IMG/VR virus record: IMGVR_UViG_3300013306_000014
Direction: 5' to 3' (one strand)
Source: an uncultured virus (IMG/VR IMGVR_UViG_3300013306_000014)
Taxonomy: Duplodnaviria; Heunggongvirae; Uroviricota; Caudoviricetes
Length of the DNA stretch: 60,882 nt
Shown: piece by piece, positions 55,909 through 60,882 of the stretch
How positions within the stretch are numbered: position 1 is the first letter of the stretch
Layout of the letters: each line of letters opens with the position of its first letter
Position numbers and translations under genes: made by a program
Notes under the pieces: model-generated
Seen by the model: only the letters and a program-made list of their open reading frames with translations
Database searches by the model: none
Told to the model about the DNA's origin: nothing

Positions 55909-58095
55909 TTACGGAGCGGGGCTGCTAACATCAGTGGTATTAACGTCGCCTTTGATACGAAAAGGCAGGGTTTGCTCCAGCAGCTCGTCGACGCCTTTGA
56001 TGTTCAGCTTGACGATGATCGGCAGGAAGTTGTAGTGCTGGAAGCGAGGCTGTACAACAGCTTCGTTACCAGGACGGTTGTTACGGGTAACGCTGATGGT
56101 CGACACGAGGGTCGGAGTCAACAGCATTGCACCGGCGGACAGAGCGTCCACGCCTTCGCCATCGCGAACGATGGTGAGGTACATCACGTCCGACAGACGC
56201 TGGTCGACATCGGCTTCCAGCTGGTAGCTCAGGCCGGCACCCAGGGTGCGGCTGTCGCCTTGGATCGTCATGAAGCGCTCGATCTTCTTGCTGGTAACCA
56301 GGGCAATGCGCCACTTCGAAGTGATCTCGCCACCGTCCATGTAACGGCAGGCGTTTTCGTAGTTGGTGCGTTGCAGGATGTCGAACGACACGGAGCGCAG
56401 GGTGTTGACCAGCACTTCGATACCGTTTTCCACGTTTGCCACAGTTTCCTGCGACTGAGCGGTTTCCATCAGGTCAACGTCCAGTTCCTGAACGTAAGGG
56501 TTGACCAACCAGCGGCCAATACCTTCGATAGGCAGTGCGTTGATTTCGAAGTCGCCAGCAGTCAGCTCACCGCGCAGGCCGCCAGTCAGGCGCATCAGGC
56601 GCTCGTGGTAGCCGATCAGGGTGCCTACCGCTTCGTTGTTGATGTAGGAACCAACAGCGAAGGTCAGCCAGTCCATTACGGTCTGGTCGCGGTTTTCGCT
56701 CAGTGGGTACGGTACGAAGAACGGCGCGCGCTGACGGGTCAGCAGACGTTCGGTCACGTTACGTACGTTGAGCATCAGGCCCAGGTGACGGTGGTTGGTG
56801 TTGGTCAGGCGAGCATCAGGCCACCAGGCGGAAGTAGCCAGTGCAGCCAGGCCATCAACGATGGTCTTGCCGACGCCAGCAGCCAGGTCGATCTTGTCAC
56901 CAGCGGCGTTCTTGATGTACATCACTTCCAGCGAACCGGCGTTGATGTTCACAGTACCGCGCTCAACGTCAGCTTGACCGTTGATGATGGTTTTCAGACG
57001 GACTTTGTAGTCGCCAGTAGCGATGGTGCCGAACACGGCGCCAGCCAGAGCAGCGTCGTTGTAGGCGACGGTGTCTTTGTTGATTTCCAGGGTGGTCAGC
57101 GGGAAGTTCAGCGCCATGGCGCGACCGCCTTGCTCTGGAGTCTTCACGAAGCGGCTGTACGGCAGGCCTTTGGTGTCGAAGCGGATGGTGTCTGCGCCGA
57201 GGCTCAGGAACACGGATTCGATACCGATGTTGCGGTCCAGGGCTTCAGTGTAGTCAGCCTGACCAACGCGCTGTACGGAATCGATCTGGCCGATGCCGAG
57301 CAGGTTGATGGTTTTGCCTACGGCCAGACCGGAGGTCTTGACAGTGCGGCGACCGTTGACGTAGTCGAACGGGGTGATAACCGAAGTGGCGACGAAGTTC
57401 GCAGCGGAAGTGGCGTTGTAGCCAGGGATCAGCTGAGTGCTGTTGTCGTTCAGAACGGTGAAGTCGATCGCGGAGTCCATTACACGGCGCAGGCCGAAGT
57501 CCGACTCGGAACCGTCCAGGGCGTGTTGCAGGGTGTTTTCGACGTACAGGTTCGGGATCTGGATGTCGATACCGCCTTGCTCTGGGGACAGAGGCACAGT
57601 GCGGTAGATCATTTCCATGGCCGGGCCTTGGCGAGCGATCTTGTAGTTCAGACCGATCGAAATCGACAGGTGGTCGATCAGCGACTGGTTGTCGTACGAC
57701 TCGGTGGAGTAGACGCTGTCGTATTCGGAACCGTCGGCGTGAGCGTAACGGGTGCCGTCGGTCAGCGACTTGCCTTCCATCGAGGTTTGCAGGCGCAGCA
57801 GGTCGGAAGGCTTGCTACCGAATGCTTTCAGGAACGATGCAGCGGCCAGACCGGCAGGGTTGGCGTATTCGGCTTTCTGGTTCTCGATGCTGGTTTGCAG
57901 CACTGGAGCCAGTTCACCGGCGATTTGGGACAGAGTGCTACGCGCTTCGAAGCTGCCGTTTTGCAGTGCGGTCAGCAGGTCGCTGGCTTCGGTGCTGTAG
58001 CCGGTGCCGTTCAGCAGGTGATCTTTGATCTTCACTGCGGAAACGTGTTCCAGATCCGGCATACCGGATTTTTTGTCAATTACGATCTTGCTCAT
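55909..58095 (-). CDS. Major capsid protein precursor (phiKZ gp120-like)
   Basis: 728 aa from ATG 58095 with GGAG RBS; strongest codon bias in the window; S-x-E-rich propeptide; synteny dnaB-gp119-MCP. Confidence 0.88.
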   Translation of the reverse strand: MSKIVIDKKSGMPDLEHVSAVKIKDHLLNGTGYSTEASDLLTALQNGSFEARSTLSQIAGELAPVLQTSIENQKAEYANPAGLAAASFLKAFGSKPSDLLRLQTSMEGKSLTDGTRYAHADGSEYDSVYSTESYDNQSLIDHLSISIGLNYKIARQGPAMEMIYRTVPLSPEQGGIDIQIPNLYVENTLQHALDGSESDFGLRRVMDSAIDFTVLNDNSTQLIPGYNATSAANFVATSVITPFDYVNGRRTVKTSGLAVGKTINLLGIGQIDSVQRVGQADYTEALDRNIGIESVFLSLGADTIRFDTKGLPYSRFVKTPEQGGRAMALNFPLTTLEINKDTVAYNDAALAGAVFGTIATGDYKVRLKTIINGQADVERGTVNINAGSLEVMYIKNAAGDKIDLAAGVGKTIVDGLAALATSAWWPDARLTNTNHRHLGLMLNVRNVTERLLTRQRAPFFVPYPLSENRDQTVMDWLTFAVGSYINNEAVGTLIGYHERLMRLTGGLRGELTAGDFEINALPIEGIGRWLVNPYVQELDVDLMETAQSQETVANVENGIEVLVNTLRSVSFDILQRTNYENACRYMDGGEITSKWRIALVTSKKIERFMTIQGDSRTLGAGLSYQLEADVDQRLSDVMYLTIVRDGEGVDALSAGAMLLTPTLVSTISVTRNNRPGNEAVVQPRFQHYNFLPIIVKLNIKGVDELLEQTLPFRIKGDVNTTDVSSPAP

Positions 58096-58103
58096 GAATT
58101 GCT

Positions 58104-58235
58104 CCAAATTGCAATTTGGTGTTGCCGAAGGATAGAAGCTTCTATTTTAGGATCGACGCCGACCTGTCACTAGTCGACTAGAGACAGCGATCCTACGTCC
58201 CGCAGGCGTTATGGAAACCGTGTGTTTATACATAT
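58104..58235 (-). promoter_or_regulatory. Structured 5' leader of the capsid gene with TATG late-promoter core at 58231-58234
   Basis: Three consecutive inverted repeats (58104-58119, 58132-58145, 58148-58195). Confidence 0.5.
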
Positions 58236-58274
58236 CACCGTAATAGCAGTGATTTGCATAACATGTATCACTTA

Positions 58275-58820
58275 TCACTCGTGTTGGTCGTTGTTCGTCA
58301 ACTCACGAGTAAGTTCGACCGCATGACTGCTGCCGGGCTCAAGGTCTTTATTTACTTTCTCCAGATATCTTCTGAAGACAACGGACGCGTAAGCCACATC
58401 GACGCCCCGATAAAGGGCGACAGCTTTCAGCAGTTCTTTCATAACATCCTTTACTTCACCACCTTCCCGCTCGACGATGATGATACCATCGTACTTGTCA
58501 GGATAGATGTCGAAGTAACCCAGGACGAATTGCGGGATCGCCAACTGTTGTGGATTACCACCGAACAGTGCGAACACAGCATCGTCAGAGCTGAAGCCTT
58601 TACCAGCATCGGCATCTGGGAAAACGAACTCATCCAGACCCATACTGTTCAGACGAGCGCGGAACAGATGGTTCGCCAGTTTGTAAAGATCCACATCGTG
58701 TCTCGATACTATGCTTTCGAATTCTTTGATGTCAGTCCCGTAGTGCGTCATAGCACCGCTCAACCATTTTGGGATGTAGCGAATACTGACTGGCTTACTC
58801 ATGAGATATCCCCAATTCAA
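58275..58820 (-). CDS. Conserved protein upstream of the capsid gene (gp119-like); start may be 58802
   Basis: ORF between dnaB and MCP. Confidence 0.65.
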   Translation of the reverse strand: MNWGYLMSKPVSIRYIPKWLSGAMTHYGTDIKEFESIVSRHDVDLYKLANHLFRARLNSMGLDEFVFPDADAGKGFSSDDAVFALFGGNPQQLAIPQFVLGYFDIYPDKYDGIIIVEREGGEVKDVMKELLKAVALYRGVDVAYASVVFRRYLEKVNKDLEPGSSHAVELTRELTNNDQHE

Positions 58821-58840
58821 TTTGCCTGCGGTGAGGCGGT

Positions 58841-60385
58841 ATGGAAATTAAGCTACTGTTAGCCAAGGCCATCAGTGCCATGTACTACTCGAGTCATTCG
58901 GGCAAGAATGATCCTGAGGCTTTGCTCAATGTAATCGATCGTACACTCGATCACCTTCATCTAACTGATGATGCTTCAAACTCCAACCGGGAACACAACG
59001 CTTTGTCCCGAGTTCGGAACTTAGTCATCTGGATGAAGAAGAAAGGATCAGAGCATCCGTACGACATTAACGACCTAATGGGTCGCATCCGAATCGCCGC
59101 AGGGGATAATGATCGCCTATATGATCTATTTACCCGCACCATTCTTCTGGTGGACGATCCTGATGCAGCCAAGGATAAACTCGATGAAGCAACAGCTGAG
59201 CTGTACGACTTCATTGGGGTAGAGGAGTTCACGAAACTCCTGCGGGATGCTGCACGTAAGCTCGGCTTTGATCGTGAGAAGGTCGGTGACGTTGCGCGCT
59301 TCCGTGAAGAGATCATCGCCAAGATGACAGAGCTTCCACTGTCTGGTAAGCGTCAAGCTGGTGGTGCGATGCGTCGCATTGACATCAGTGACGTTGAAAG
59401 CCTGTCGGAAGTCTACGCGATGGCTCAGCTTGCCATTGATCCACGAGCTATCCTCAAGTACGGCTTCAAGGCTGCTAACCGGATGACTGGTGATCAGGAA
59501 GGCGCGCGTCGTGGTGAGTGGGCTAACGTATCCGCATTGCCGGGTATGAACAAGTCTGGTACTCTGCTGGATCAGCTGTTTGCATTCTGTATCTTCAACA
59601 GTCCCGTGCTGTTTGATGAGACGAAGAAACCGCTGCATGTGTTTGCTACTGCGGAAGATAAACCCGAACTGGTTCTTCAGAAGCTATACACACTGTTGAT
59701 GCAATACGAGTTTGGTCTGCCTGTTGTAACCAAGGGCGTCGACTCTCGTGAGATCGCTCAGTACGTTTTCGACAAGATGACAGCCAATGGCTGGCACGTC
59801 ATGATTCTGGACTACACTCGTGGTGCAGACGTCGACGACTACATCGATGACTTGAAGCAATTCATCAAAGAAGGCTACGAGATTGTTTCGGCTGGCTGCG
59901 ACTACATCAACCTGCTGACCAAGAACAACATCGTGGCTGCTGTTGCTGGTGACGAGATTCAAGGAGCGCACCGTCGCGTCCGTAAGTTCACGTCTCCAAA
60001 CAACATCTTTGCGTACACAGCTCACCAACTGTCTCCAGCGACTCGTGACTTGGCCCGTACCTATCCTGACGACTACATCAAGCGTCTGGTGGATAAGGGC
60101 TACTACGAGGGCTCCAAGAAGCTCAACACCGAGTTTGACTATGAGGTCTTTACCGCGAAGACTATTCACCAAGGTCAAGCATGGGCTGAGTTCCAATGGG
60201 GTAAGCATCGTAAGATTGGTGCAACTCAGGAACAGGATAAATATTACGCATTGAAGTTCTTGGATTACCCGATGATGGGCTTCAAGTACGATCTACTTCT
60301 TGACGAAGATCTTTCGTATAAGAAAGTAGGTGCGCGTACTACCAACGGTGAAGGTGGTTCTGATTGGCGCGACTTCGACGATTGA
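58841..60385 (+). CDS. dnaB: DnaB-like replicative helicase (phiKZ gp118-like)
   Basis: Variant Walker A ALPGMNKSG, TAED, Walker B DYINL, TAHQLS, GKHR; GAGG RBS. Confidence 0.88.
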   Translation: MEIKLLLAKAISAMYYSSHSGKNDPEALLNVIDRTLDHLHLTDDASNSNREHNALSRVRNLVIWMKKKGSEHPYDINDLMGRIRIAAGDNDRLYDLFTRTILLVDDPDAAKDKLDEATAELYDFIGVEEFTKLLRDAARKLGFDREKVGDVARFREEIIAKMTELPLSGKRQAGGAMRRIDISDVESLSEVYAMAQLAIDPRAILKYGFKAANRMTGDQEGARRGEWANVSALPGMNKSGTLLDQLFAFCIFNSPVLFDETKKPLHVFATAEDKPELVLQKLYTLLMQYEFGLPVVTKGVDSREIAQYVFDKMTANGWHVMILDYTRGADVDDYIDDLKQFIKEGYEIVSAGCDYINLLTKNNIVAAVAGDEIQGAHRRVRKFTSPNNIFAYTAHQLSPATRDLARTYPDDYIKRLVDKGYYEGSKKLNTEFDYEVFTAKTIHQGQAWAEFQWGKHRKIGATQEQDKYYALKFLDYPMMGFKYDLLLDEDLSYKKVGARTTNGEGGSDWRDFDD

Positions 60386-60395
60386 TCGATTTCAC

Positions 60396-60449
60396 GACAA
60401 AAAAAAGAAGTGAAGAGAGCGTGGCTTGCGCCACGCTCTCTATGCCGTT
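60396..60449. terminator. Bidirectional terminator, 54-bp repeat copy B
   Basis: GACAAAAAAAAGAAGT + stem AGAGAGCGTGGC/GCCACGCTCTCT + ATGCCGTT. Confidence 0.85.
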
Positions 60450-60595
60450 TAGGCAGTTGCCGCTTCAGCCGCCTTACGAGCCGCTGCTGCTTCAGCACCT
60501 TTAACCTTCAACTCCTCATCGTCGCGCTGCGCACGCAGATGACGAATGTAATAGCCGAGACCAATACCGAAGCTGATCAACAGTACTTCACGCAT
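60449..60595 (-). CDS. Small 48-aa membrane-anchored protein not in the ORF track
   Basis: MREVLLISFGIGLGYYIRHLRAQRDDEELKVKGAEAAAARKAAEAATA; AAGGAG RBS. Confidence 0.7.
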   Translation of the reverse strand: MREVLLISFGIGLGYYIRHLRAQRDDEELKVKGAEAAAARKAAEAATA

Positions 60596-60631
60596 GTGAA
60601 ACTCCTTGCATTAGGGGATTGTTGCGAGTGG

Positions 60632-60651
60632 ATGATATCTGTCTGTAATTT
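60632..60651 (-). promoter_or_regulatory. Putative early promoter
   Basis: Minus strand AAATTACAGACAGATATCAT; first 12 nt identical to motif 55768-55787. Confidence 0.55.
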
Positions 60652-60868
60652 ATTCGACTGGACAGTCTCGAACAACTACACCTGAACTTACGTCCAGAGC
60701 GATGCCAGCACGTACCACTTCCTTAGAGCCGACGCAGCGGCTCGTCCGATCATGCCAGGCGACGTAGACCATCGAGATGGAAAGACCGAACGACAGTGCA
60801 GCTGCAAGTAACCACAGAGTCAGATTGTCAACCCCTTCTTCTTCAAACTCAGGTTCGACCTCAGACAT
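60650..60868 (-). CDS. Small single-TM accessory protein
   Basis: 72 aa; acidic N-terminus followed by LTLWLLAAALSFGLSISMVYVAW. Confidence 0.55.
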   Translation of the reverse strand: MSEVEPEFEEEGVDNLTLWLLAAALSFGLSISMVYVAWHDRTSRCVGSKEVVRAGIALDVSSGVVVRDCPVE

Positions 60869-60882
60869 ACTTGCTTACCGAA

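Noticed and set aside
55972..58173. 733-aa ORF antisense to the major capsid gene
   Set aside because: Mirror-frame shadow caused by the extreme codon bias of the capsid gene; no RBS or recognisable motifs.
59521..59565. Non-canonical Walker A of DnaB (ALPGMNKS) as a sign of inactivation
   Set aside because: The catalytic Lys-Ser and the other helicase motifs are retained; a deviant P-loop is typical of this phage helicase family.
8821..60449. Recurrent hairpins as a CRISPR array or REP/IS ends
   Set aside because: They are dispersed singly at gene ends with variable stems; there is no regular spacer pattern and no cas or transposase gene.

Overview
This is a densely coding 60.9 kb segment of a phiKZ-like (Chimalliviridae-type, nucleus-forming) jumbo myovirus, most likely infecting Pseudomonas or a related gammaproteobacterium. 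It looks more GC-rich than phiKZ itself. It holds core virion genes: a giant tail-associated lytic transglycosylase (gp181-like), a gp182-like tail protein, a spike plus PAAR tip, portal, major capsid, baseplate proteins and paralogous tail-fibre genes. It also holds one virion-RNAP and one non-virion-RNAP beta fragment, UvsX, RNase H, SbcC, RuvC, DnaB, an endolysin, a candidate spanin pair, NADAR-like and CYTH-like enzymes, and small leftward accessory islands. phiKZ gp numbers come from recalled similarity, size and synteny, not from a database search. The most notable observations are: (1) a single in-frame TAA (7840-7842) splitting the gp182-like gene; (2) two duplicated 'adaptor + 1 long + 2 short' fibre cassettes, in which the long protein equals the short one plus a ~730-aa insert, suggesting heterotrimeric fibres; (3) a 54-bp covarying terminator repeat closing early-promoter-driven accessory islands; (4) a heavily structured capsid 5' leader; (5) a hairpin-bridged Shine-Dalgarno for ruvC; (6) a CTAG-rich non-coding element after the portal gene. 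No tRNA, rRNA, CRISPR array, IS element, intron or intein was recognised.
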